A stretch of 64,000 bases of DNA, from contig JAUCBJ010004880.1 in NCBI GenBank assembly GCA_032718475.1, forward strand, positions 1-64,000. The letters run 5' to 3'. The notes under the pieces are model-generated. The model had not been told where the DNA came from, did no database searches, and was given only the letters and a program-made list of their open reading frames with translations. The DNA comes from Nemertoderma westbladi. Lineage: Eukaryota > Animalia > Xenacoelomorpha. The position numbers and the translations under genes were made by a program. Of the stretch, positions 26,546-37,545 are shown in pieces; position 1 is the first letter of the stretch; each line of letters starts with the position of its first letter.

Positions 26546-26640
26546 ATTAATTAATTTAACTAAAGATGAAACTGCGTTCACACAATCACTCAGGGCGTTC
26601 CGGGTGCTACGACCTCTAAAACTTGTTTCGGGAGTTCCAA
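26546..26640 (+). CDS. cac: Cav2 exon 4 (IS4 voltage sensor)
   Basis: ag|[32 protein letters not shown]|gtgagt; phases match the neighbouring exons. Confidence 0.95.
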
Positions 26641-27046
26641 GTGAGTTGCAAATATATTAACGTTTAACATTTCAATGAAATTGTGTAAAGTGTTTAGTTA
26701 GAATGAATAATAGGGAATTTCAAATATTGCAAATCATATCGTTTGGCTATGTCAACTCTATGTAAAAGAGACTGGTGGTGGTGGGGGGACAATTACAGTA
26801 AATCATAATTTAGCAAATTCAACATTGCTACTTATCAATTTATCGAAAGGATAAGGTTGCTGTGACAATCAATATAATAGAGTCAATAGCATATGTACTA
26901 TGCGCAATATGTCATTGTTGCATATTATAACATACATATAATATTACATATTATATGTTTGCGTTGATTTTCACCTTTTGTGGGTATAGGCCAACATCAA
27001 CCCCCATATTTGATTGAAAACATTATTCAATTCCATTTATTTCTAG

Positions 27047-27199
27047 GTTTACAGGTAGTGGTAAGATCCATTGTCAGAGCAATGGCTCCCTTGATGCAAA
27101 TAGCGCTACTTCTACTTTTCGCTGTAATTATTTTTGCTATTATGGGAATGGAAGTTTTTATGAAACTGTTTCACAACTCCTGTGTTGATAATACTACAG
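27047..27199 (+). CDS. cac: Cav2 exon 5 (IS5)
   Basis: LQVVVRSIVRAMAPLMQIALLLLFAVIIFAIMGMEVFMKLFHNSCVDNTT|gtaag. Confidence 0.96.
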
Positions 27200-27439
27200 G
27201 TAAGAAACGATTAGAACGTTCTAAGGGACACACGACTGTGGTTAGTTTGCAACCTAAAACGGGTGTCTAAGGTATACTACAGGTAAGAAACGATTAGAAC
27301 ATTCTAAGGGACACACGACTGTGGTCAGTTTGCAACCTAAAACGGGTGTCTAAGGTATACTACAGGTAAGAAACGATTAGAACATTCTAAGGGACACACG
27401 ACTGTGGTCAGTTTGCAACCTAAAACGGGTATCTAAGGT
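27191..27439 (+). repeat. 83-bp tandem repeat x3 containing the exon-5 donor site
   Basis: Units start at 27191, 27274 and 27357, each beginning atactacagGTAAGaaac. Confidence 0.96.
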
Positions 27440-30092
27440 TTTAACATTTATGGCCAATTGTCCATAAGGGTCGCCAGTTACATCATATACTGCTGCTCTG
27501 TTTCTAAAAAATATACATTTCACTTATTATTTTACAAAATAGTTATTGAATGACTTTACCGCAAATTTGAAAGTATCATTGTAAGGTGTAATTAAATTAC
27601 ATCAAATCACCACAACGATAACAAGCCGTCTTATTTTCAAGTAATTTCGAGGGAAAATCGTTTATATATTCTTATTAAATATGACAATTGCAATCTCCAT
27701 TCCTACCTTAAGGGGGGGTAGCGTGTTTTTGGTCAAAATTTTCGAATTTTCATTTTCAATCCTATCTTGTAGAGAATTTAACGGGGAATCTGAATCTGAT
27801 TTTGGTTTGTTCATAGCTTTTTAAGATAAGATAGTCATAATAGGTCATAATAGTTTTATTTCTGTTTCATTATTTACTTTGCTGTTATAGGCCTATTAGC
27901 CACCAGGTATTCTTCATTATTCAGTAGGCCTGCTTTGCGTTTGATTGTAAATATGATAACAGATAGTGTCATAAGTATTATACAATACAATGCAATTTAA
28001 GAAGCGTCGGGAACAGATTAGACGTCTATGGAAGGATCGAAGATCAGAAAAAACTGTAGAGTGTAAAGAAGGAATTTCTAATAGTAAAAGGAAAACAATT
28101 ACTAAACTAGATGCATTACATACTATAAAATCTTACAAGAAGGAGATTACCAGTATAGGATATCAAATGCTCCATCTATCAAGTTTACGGGAAGCTATAG
28201 AACTGGTCCATTCCTCTGGTGGTTGTAGTGGAGTTATTAATCTATCATCTGCGAAATTCATTGGTATTGACAATAGAATCGAGATTAGCTGTGCAATATG
28301 TCAATTTACACATCTGATGACATGTGGACCACGATTAGATCCAAAACTTCCAATATCTTCATCTAGTAAACAGTTAAATACTCATGTTGCTTATGCAATT
28401 ACTGAATTGGTTCTTGGACTTGAGGCCATATATACGATTGCAGAGATTCTTGATATGCCTTGTAAAATGGCCAAAACAACATTTTCCTCATATGTGAAAG
28501 AACTGTCTGACATCTATGATGAGGTTGTGACAGAGACATTAGCTGAGGCTCGGTGCGAACTACGCAATGATAAGCATAATGTCCCAGTAGCAGTAAGTGG
28601 AGATGCTTCCTGGCATAAACGCGGCCATACATCTTTATATGGAATTGGATATGTAATAGCGATGGATTCTGGGAAAGTGTTGGATTATGATATACGGTCA
28701 AAGATCTGCCAAGAGGCTGAGTTTCATTGTAAAGAGAAAGAAACTGATAAGTACAAGGCATGCCATGAGGCTGAGTTTCATAGTAAAGAGAAAGAAACTG
28801 ATAAGTACAAGGCATGGTTCAAGCGGTTCCATGGAACCCGCGATTATGAAAGAAATATGTGAAAGATCTAATAGCCTCCGTAATGATGATAGTCATGGTC
28901 TAAGATATTCTCACTTCATAAGTGATGGGGACACTAATAGCTTTTCTGCAGTTTCTTCTGTATATGGTGTTTCCAAACAGTGTAAGAAATACTTAGAGAT
29001 GAGCGAGTGGGAAAAACATTCATTCAATGAAACTACCACTGGTATCCAATATTGGCAAGATCATGAGGATGGTAAAGTACAATGAGAATGTGTAACAAAG
29101 TAGATTGTATCAACCATGTGCAAAAACGGGTCCACAAAGCACTACGAGATGTTGTTGCCCTAACCAAGGGTAAACTGGATGATGGAAAGTTTGTTGGTGG
29201 TGCTTCTCATCGATTGACTCATACGACATGTGCCAAACTGGCATCGTACTATGGAAAAGCGATTCGCAGCAATTCCCATAGAATGAAGGAAGAAACAAAA
29301 CCAGTGCATATCAAACGAATGCAGAATGCAATACTGGCTTCATTCCGACATTGTATCATGCATGGAACAGGAAGAGACCATCTACTGCCCTAAAGGAGAT
29401 AACTCGTGGTTCCAGTACCAACGAACTGGAGTTCCACCAACCGATAAACCACATCATTTGGATGCAGTGTTCTTGGAACTATTACTGCCCATATTCAAGA
29501 GATTTTATGATAGGAAGCTATTAGAACGGTGTCTACCAGCATATACCCAAACTCAAATGAAAGTATTTATGGAATGGTGTGGAATCGTGTCCCAAAACAC
29601 CGATTCTTTGGTCCTGAACGAATCAAATTAGCTGTTTGGAGCACTTTGGTAACCTTCAATAAAGGGTCATATGGAAGACAACTTGTTCTAGCTAAGATTA
29701 ATAAACAAACTCTAGAAAAGACAACTTGTTCTAGCTAAGATTAATAAACAAACTCTAGAAACTAGACATAGAACATCAAGATCTTCAATTTCATTGACAA
29801 TTCGAAGGGACATAAGAAGGGCAAAGAAGGTTCTAGATGCTGCGAAGAAGAAGCAAGAGCAAAATATTGTGAATTGTCTTATGTCGCAGGTGGATTTGGT
29901 GGACTTTGATGATCATTCTGATAAACATTTGTGTTGGTAATGATTATTTCTATATTACACTTGTCTAGTAACTATGCATTAGTGAAAGCATGTCCTAATC
30001 TAATCATTTGAACCAGTATTTTAGTATCCAATGTTGATTAAATGTCTTCGTAGTATTCAATCGCGATTTACAGAAAATGACATTTTTACTCA

Positions 30093-30415
30093 TCGGAGAT
30101 CTTCAAAATGTATAATCTCCAGTTCTAGTGGTCGTATGAAGTTCGTTTTAGGCTCATTCGGAAGCTCTTTTCTCAGAGAACAAAGTTACCATTTGGTTTA
30201 AGATAAAATGCTGATGCAACACCACATGTATTTGGGTAAAATATGCCTTGCGAATTTTGTTCAAGATATGATTGCGCAGCCAGCTTTCAAGAGTTTGCCA
30301 AACCAAATGGTAACTTTGTTCTCCGCGAAAAGAGCTTTCGAATGAGCCTAAAATGAGCCTAAAAAACTTCATACGACCACTAGTACTTGAGATTATACAT
30401 TTTGAAGATCTCCGA
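30093..30415. repeat. Internal inverted repeat (~105-bp arms, ~100-bp spacer) within the Kolobok element
   Basis: ggagatcttcaaaatgtataatctc...gagaacaaagttaccatttggtt pairs with aaccaaatggtaactttgttctc...gagattatacattttgaagatctcc. Confidence 0.9.
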
Positions 30416-30669
30416 TTAGCGATAAGTCTATTCCGTGTAATCCCGCATAGACCGCAGAGTCGCAAAATTGAGTCCCGTTATTGTTCCGGAGACATGAAGT
30501 TGTCTTACAAACGGACTAGTAGGCCCAATAATCATAAAAAATACCTTCTCAATTAAAATTTTGTGCTCTTTCTCATGGAGACATCCAATTGGCACCACTG
30601 AGAAGATAAATTTGCATAAATTGAATGCAAACCCCAAACGAGTACTAAACTAAACGAGCAAACCCCAAA

Positions 30670-33658
30670 TAAGTAGCGAAATAGAAAACGCACTATTGCT
30701 CGAACCAAATCATAGTATTATCTTACAAGGTGATTTCAACATTAACTTATTAGACACAAAAAATAAAACTACACGCGATATCCACGAAATACTAAATACA
30801 TACGACATAAAATCATTAAACAACACTATACCTACTCGTTACACAAAATCATCTGAAACATTAATAGATTTAGTACTGCCAAATATCCCCAGCGCACACA
30901 TCATTGAAAGTCTGGTCTTCTTCTGTGATTTCTCAGACCATGAGTACACGCTTACCTCTTTGAACCTGAAAATTAATTCCAAATTAAAAATTAACGAAAA
31001 AATATCATATAGGGACTTTTCAATTTTTTTCGAATATAAATTTCTATTTGATATTTCACAAATAAATTGGAATCCCTTATATAATGAAAATGATACGAAT
31101 ACAAAAATTAATTTCTTTGAAAATCAGTTAGAAACAATTTTAAACAAACACGCACCAATTAAGTATAAAACTGTAAGTAATAAACAAACATACCGTGGTA
31201 ACGACGTGCAATGGCTCACACCGGAACTATCACAACTGCGTACTGTAAAGGAAAACAAACTTTCAATCTGGCGACGCTCCAAAACCCTTGAAGATTTTAA
31301 TAATTTTAAACATGCCCGTAATAGCTTTAATAATCTTAATAAAAAATTGAAAAACAAATATATTAAGGATAAATTCCTAAATCAGAGAACAGCTAAAGGA
31401 AAGTGGGCGATAATTAACAGCATACTAAATAAAAATATTCTATCTACTACACCGGAAATAAAATACAACGGTCGTCTATTAACTCGTCCATTAGACATAG
31501 CTAAAACATTTAATGATATTTTCATAGATATAGGAAAATTTACCGGTCTAGATAACACATTAAATTGGACTCAATATAGGGCACCGAATGTAATAGATCA
31601 TATAGCAGAACCGAAATTTTCCTTCCACTGCATCTCCACTCTTGACATTTTTGAAGCTCTAACCAAACTATCTAACAATAAACCCTCCGGCCCCAGTTCG
31701 ATCCCTACTAGAATCTTTAAATTATCTGCAGGATTTATCAGCTCTCCACTTTCAAATATTATTAATGACTCAATAACTAAATCAATTTTCCCAAATCAAC
31801 TAAAAATATCTAACGTTACCCCTGTATACAAGAAAGGCGACGAATATGACCCAACTAATTACCGTCCAATCTCAGTCACGCACCCAATAGCTAAAATATT
31901 CGAAAAAATACTAGTCACGCAAATCGAACACTACCTCTAAAAAATAACATTTTAACACCATTTCAATTTGGCTTCCGCCGTAAAAGGTTTTCCACTTCTG
32001 ATGCAATAACATACGCTACAGAAGCATGGCGGTATGACCTGGATCGTGGTTACCATGTTGCTGTAGCCTTCCTTGACCTTAGCAAGGCTTTCAACTCTCT
32101 GGACCATGATACACTAATAACACACCTAACTGATCTAGGATTCGAAACAAATGCTTGCAACATGATTAAAAATTACTTACACGACAGACAACAACGAGTT
32201 AAAATAGGCCATACATTTTCACCATTCCTTATAGAGAAACGAGGGGTCCCCCAAGGACACTCCTTGGCCCCCTTCTCTTCTCCTTATATACTAATTCTAC
32301 TCCAAATTTAACCTCAAAAGATGCAAATCTCATACAATATGCCGATGATACTGCTCTCTATGTCAGCTCCAAAAACGCATCAACTGCTACTGTAGATTTA
32401 GCTAAAAATGTACAAAACTTGACCAATGTATTCGCAAAATTAAAATTAAAATTGAACCCGGATAAAACTGAATTTTTACTATTAACACCAAAATATACTC
32501 GAACCGCAAATAACATTGACTCAATACAATTAAAAATAAATGACACCTCAATAATTAGCCAATCTAACTGCATTAAATATCTCGGCGTCCTAATCAACAA
32601 CAAACTAAGTTGGACCGATCATATAAACAACATAATCAAAAAAATGTCCACCAGCATTGCAAGTCTTAGGAAAATTAAAGGTCAGTTGCCGCTCAAAACG
32701 AAAATCCAATTATATAAAACCTTTGTTCTCCCTTACCATCATTATTGCTGTCAATTCCTAATATCTCACCATAATGTTCATGGATTTAAAGACATATTAT
32801 ATAAATTAGAAAAAATTCAGAATTACGGTCTACGATGTACCTTTAATAAACGATGCAAAGACGTAACGGCAACTGACCTCAGAACCAAATCGAAAATACC
32901 CCTACTATCTGCTTTCCGTGAATATTACGGTCTCCTATTTTTCTATAAATATATCTACAATATATCTGCCCCTTTTAAAAATCTTGATCTCCCGCTGCTC
33001 CCAAGAAACACCCAGATCTTAAATAGACGCACATACAAAATCCGCTTACCTAGATGCCACAACCAATTTGGACATTACAGTCTCACTACACAGCTAATTA
33101 AACTATGGAACAAACTACCCATTCATATTAGACAAACAAACACTTTACAACATTTTAAACTTAAATTAAAGGGTCTATTACTCAAAAGATTTACTCGCGA
33201 GGAGGTCACATAGAGGAAGCTCAATTACCACACCTCTAACACTATTTACTTTTCCCGTATACAGTATACACTACTCAAGTTGCAGGGCCCTTACGTATGT
33301 GTGTAACTGATTGTGTTTGTGTGGTATGTATGTATTCTAATATTAGTGGGGGGGGGGGGGGGGGGGGGGGTGGTGAGGAGCGGGAGGAGGCGTATAATTT
33401 TAGCTACGTGGTGTATGGATTGGGATTGCTTGTTCACATTTTTTATATTTTAATTATTTACCGGTTATGTATGTAGACATTTACTAATATCGTCGCGTAC
33501 TTAAGCGATGATATAGTGTTTAATTTTGTTGGTTACCGGTGAAATACTGTAGACACCTTTACATATAATTTCCTTAATTATAAGTCCCTATCTTGTGTAG
33601 AGACTTCCCCATTCGTGCAATCACTATGGGTACCAAAGGAATAATAATAATAATAATA
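30670..33658 (+). mobile_element. 5'-truncated L2/Crack(CR1-group) LINE nested in the Kolobok element; ORF2 disrupted
   Basis: GDFNI..LIDL..SDH (APE), NYRPIS, stop at 31938, QFGFR, FLDLSKAF, GVPQG, YADDT, KYLGV; (AAT)n tail at 33641-33658. Confidence 0.92.
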
Positions 33659-33743
33659 GCAAACTTCATCGCCTTTACCGATATCGCGATATATCGGAGC
33701 CAGTATCCTCTACCCCAGATATCTCGAAAAATCAGTAGTTCCA

Positions 33744-33931
33744 CCTTGGTGTAGTGGTCGCATTGAATTCACATCTCCCGTAGGTCGTGGGTTCGATCCT
33801 CACACGGGCCAGGGCAGTTTTCGTTTCGGCACGAATGCTTTAAAGGGACCAGCCAGGGCGCATCTCTGCCTTGCATCCTTAAGTGGTAGCTAAATGAGTA
33901 CTGGAGTTTCCTCTGGGGAGTAAAGTTCTGG
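33744..33931 (+). mobile_element. tRNA-derived SINE with Nin/Deu-like central domain
   Basis: Pol III A box TGGTGTAGTGG (33747) and B box GGTTCGATCC (33790), then GCCTTGCATCCTT..TAAATGAGTAC..GGGGAGTAAAG. Second copy at ~18190-18595. Confidence 0.75.
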
Positions 33932-34938
33932 AAATAAGTTTAATATGTTTATGTAATATGTTTAAAAAATTCGACTTTTTGGTCAGAAAATGCGCTTAAA
34001 TAGAATAAATGACCTCCTATCTATGGATTAATATTTAGCTGAGCGTTTAAAACTCTACATGTTTCTTCATTATGCGTAATTAATATTCTAGAATTGAGTA
34101 AAAAACGTTAGAATTATATCGATTTACGTGTCAAAATGTATAGGCCTACCTTAGTTATTGGTGAAATTTAAAACGGTTTTCTGATTCCGAATCTGCAGAT
34201 GAGGGCGGTTCTAATGATAACTAGATTTCATTCCAAAGACGAAAAATAAAGCCGACGGAGGTGCCTAAATATTGCGAAATAGGCGATTTTTGACGGCTTG
34301 TTGTATCGAAATAGCTCATAAATTGATAGCCAACAAACTATCAACATACCAAATTTCGAAGCATATGATTTAAATTTGAACTTGAAATTTGAATTATAAA
34401 CTCATTTTTGAGTTTTTTTTTATCTGAAACAAATGGCAAACATTTCTGAACGAAAAAAGTTTCCTTTTTTTCATTTTTTTTTTCATTTTTTTTTAATTTT
34501 TTTTTAATTTTTTTTAAATGAATTTTTGAAATTTTTTGAATGAAATTCTGCATCAAATAGGATATGTTTCAAAAATTCGACTTTTTGGTCAGAAAACGCG
34601 CTACCCCCCCTTAAATGAATAAAATAAAGCCTCAGAGAATCATGGAAAAAATCATGTTATTTAAGACATACATGCGATACAATCAATCACAAGCAATGAG
34701 ACACCATTGCTATCGGTATCAACACATCATTGCCAAAGCAAAGTGCTTCATTAAAGGGATATTTATATTTTTGATCGCCAACTACAGCCGTGTATGTGGC
34801 TGATGCAGCCGGTATTGAATATTAATAATCTAGGAACATATAATAAATATATTAAGTAAATAAAATAATTAAATGACTTCTATTATCATGTCGGAATTAT
34901 ATCAATATGTTTATAAACAGTATTACATATTTTATTAG

Positions 34939-35174
34939 ATACCGTTGAGTCTGTGGAGGAACGTAGAATATGTTCCCCGTACGATGGAGACCCCCCGACA
35001 GAAGGTCTGTTGTATCCAGGTAGCCCCTACTACTGCCCCATCGGCCAGTACTGTAAGGCCGGCTCCTGGGACGGCCCTAATCTCGGGATAACCAAATTCG
35101 ATGATATCGGATATGCCTGCCTAACTGTGTTCCAATGTATCACTATGGAGGGATGGACAGATGTCCTGTATTAT
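34939..35174 (+). CDS. cac: Cav2 exon 6 (domain I turret and P-loop)
   Basis: ...[36 protein letters not shown]|gttagt; selectivity-filter Glu present. Confidence 0.97.
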
Positions 35175-35656
35175 GTTAGTTCATTAATAAATGTTACCAT
35201 TATTAATGGTACTTTGATAACCAATGCCCAGAGTGTTAAATAATTAGAATCCCAAAAGGGTGCTTATAATATAAGCATTAGGCTTATTCCCCAAGTCGGT
35301 GAACGTTGTTGTACAATAAAATAATCAGACACCTCACAATATCCGTTAATTTTGCCCTAAAATGAGGTTATTTTTTCTTATTTTTAAATTATTTATAATT
35401 TTTAAGTCATTTAAATTATTTTAGTAATACAGAATATCGAATTAATAATAGCAATAATAAAACAATATTTAACAACGATAAGAATGTCATAAGAATACAT
35501 ATTTTTATTGATGTTTATAATATTGGTGGTACAGTGCAGTACAAAATTACAAAACTCTGAAAACACAATGACCCACATACCCATTATTCCAACCACATAC
35601 AGAAATAAACCAGATTTAATGACGCCGCTAAATAAAAGGAAAATTACTTTTTCTAG

Positions 35657-35760
35657 GTTAATGGTTATATGCATCTTTATTGGGCTGTTTGCTATTTTGT
35701 TCCGCTGATATTCTTTGGGTCTTTCTTTATGCTCAATCTTGTTCTCGGAGTTCTAAGTGG
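35657..35760 (+). CDS. cac: Cav2 exon 7 (IS6)
   Basis: ag|VNGYMHLYWAVCYFVPLIFFGSFFMLNLVLGVLSG|gtaagt. Confidence 0.96.
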
Positions 35761-35856
35761 GTAAGTATATTTTTATTATGTTATGATCAGACTAAATTGT
35801 TTGAATATATTTGGTTAGCTATATATAATATTTAATTGTACTTATCACTGATTTTT

Positions 35857-37523
35857 GGGTATATCTTTTGCGTAGAGGTATAGCCTACATAGAGGCTTCA
35901 TGTAGGTATGTGTAGCCTACATGTAGATGCACGTGTAGGGTGAATGTAGGTAGGTGTAGTCCCATAGATATTAATGTAATTTATGTGTCAACTTGCAGTA
36001 ACGTGATACACGGTCGTCAATCAGGATGTATGGCAATAATCTCTGATCTCCACGGTACAATACGGTACATCAACCTGCAGACCTGTCTGCTGTCAGACAA
36101 CAGGTTTTACTGCATACTGCAGTACTGTATAAATATCAAACATCGCGTTCTGATTATACTAAAGTCCCTTACTCGTCATAAATATTATGCCCTAATAAAT
36201 TTGAGTATGCTAACGCCACGAAAGGCATCGTTCCATTAGATTAACTCGTTCTGTTCTGATTTATATGTTTATTGAGTAAGAGTAACCTAAACAAAAACAG
36301 GCATCATCGCGGGGACTATAGTCTACCAGAAACCCTGACCCCGCTCTGCCCCTCTTTATCTGTTTATCAACCATACATCCATGGGACTTGAACAGTACTT
36401 CAGCATTGAAATGTTTTGGACGTTTTGTTTTGAAAGTAAAAATATAGAAGTCTGGAAGTTTTGTTTGTTTTAATTTTTCAGGCAGTCACATTCCACCAAC
36501 CAGCAACAGTCCCATCCCTTCCCACTATCCCGCGGACCACCACACTGTTTCATTATAAAGTATTCCCATCTCGATGATGGGAATTAATCAGTAATCCGAT
36601 GGGATTCAAATCCCATCTCGAAGTAACAGCAAAACAATAACACGAAAGTCAATAGCATTACAGTTATATCTGATTGCATTGAAAGTTAATAGAAAGAAGA
36701 AGTTAAATTGCATATCCATTAAAATATCATGAAATTGATACGGCAGTTTAGTAGATTAAAACGGCCACAGCAAGATGTATAAAATGAAAAATAAGTAAAA
36801 TCAGCACAGCACACAATATTATCAATATAGACATTGAAGACAATTTAATAAACAAATACTATAAAAAAATATCTACTAACAATCAATACATGATATATAT
36901 AATATATATATACATCAGCGACTACCATCGCCACTCTGGTTCAATCAGTCAGTCCGGTATCATTGTTAGCGTTTTGTTGAATCACCCACTCATCCTCAGA
37001 CCCTTATGTACACCGACGACGAGCTCTAACCCTAACCTTTAGTCGATTCCTCCTTGACTGGAAACATCAGGTTCGGGCCGTTCGGCCCATACAAAGTCAT
37101 TAGCCTCCATGCCTGAACCCGCAGGATCATAAGATCTACAGTATGTATCGGTATATCGTTCAGTCGTTTTTTCCTTTGTCAGTACTGTAGTATTGATAGG
37201 CTCCGTCTCGTGGGTATTCAGGGGACCCCCATTCGACGTATTCGCATCTCCTCCTGGTTGTCTCGGGTACCACCGCCCGCCATATGCGCATCTCTTCGTG
37301 GTTGTTCCGGGTACCACCCCCGTTCGCCGCATTCGCATCTCATCGAGGAAGTTCGGGTCCGGGTACCCCGTCAGCCCGTGTAGGCCTATTCATTCATCAT
37401 TGTTGTTTTTAAAGACCTACCTACACCTACCTACATTCACCCTACACGTGCACCTACATGTAGGCTACACATACCTACATGTAGCCTCTATGTAGGCTAT
37501 ACCTCTACGCAAAAGTTATACCC
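35857..37523. mobile_element. Non-autonomous MULE/Mutator-like element, ~103-bp TIRs, 9-bp TSD
   Basis: CTGATTTTT flanks both ends (35848-35856 and 37524-37532). GGGTAT..TTTTGCGTAGAGGTATAGCCTACATAGAGG... is mirrored at 37420-37523. Confidence 0.88.
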
Positions 37524-37545
37524 CTGATTTTTGATATGTTTGTCT

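Larger units (their letters stand above)
27712..34610 (+). mobile_element. Kolobok DNA transposon (6.9 kb including nested insertions), frameshifted transposase ~27990-29900
   Basis: TTAA|GGGGGGGTAGCGTGTTTT ... AAAACGCGCTACCCCCCC|TTAA. Transposase motifs SGDASWHKRGHTSLYG, GSSGSME, ISDGDT, KVDCINHVQKR, CLPAYTQ, NESIYG. Confidence 0.88.

Noticed and set aside
33744-33810. tRNA gene
   Set aside because: A and B boxes are present but I cannot fold a convincing cloverleaf; it continues into a SINE body that has a second copy.
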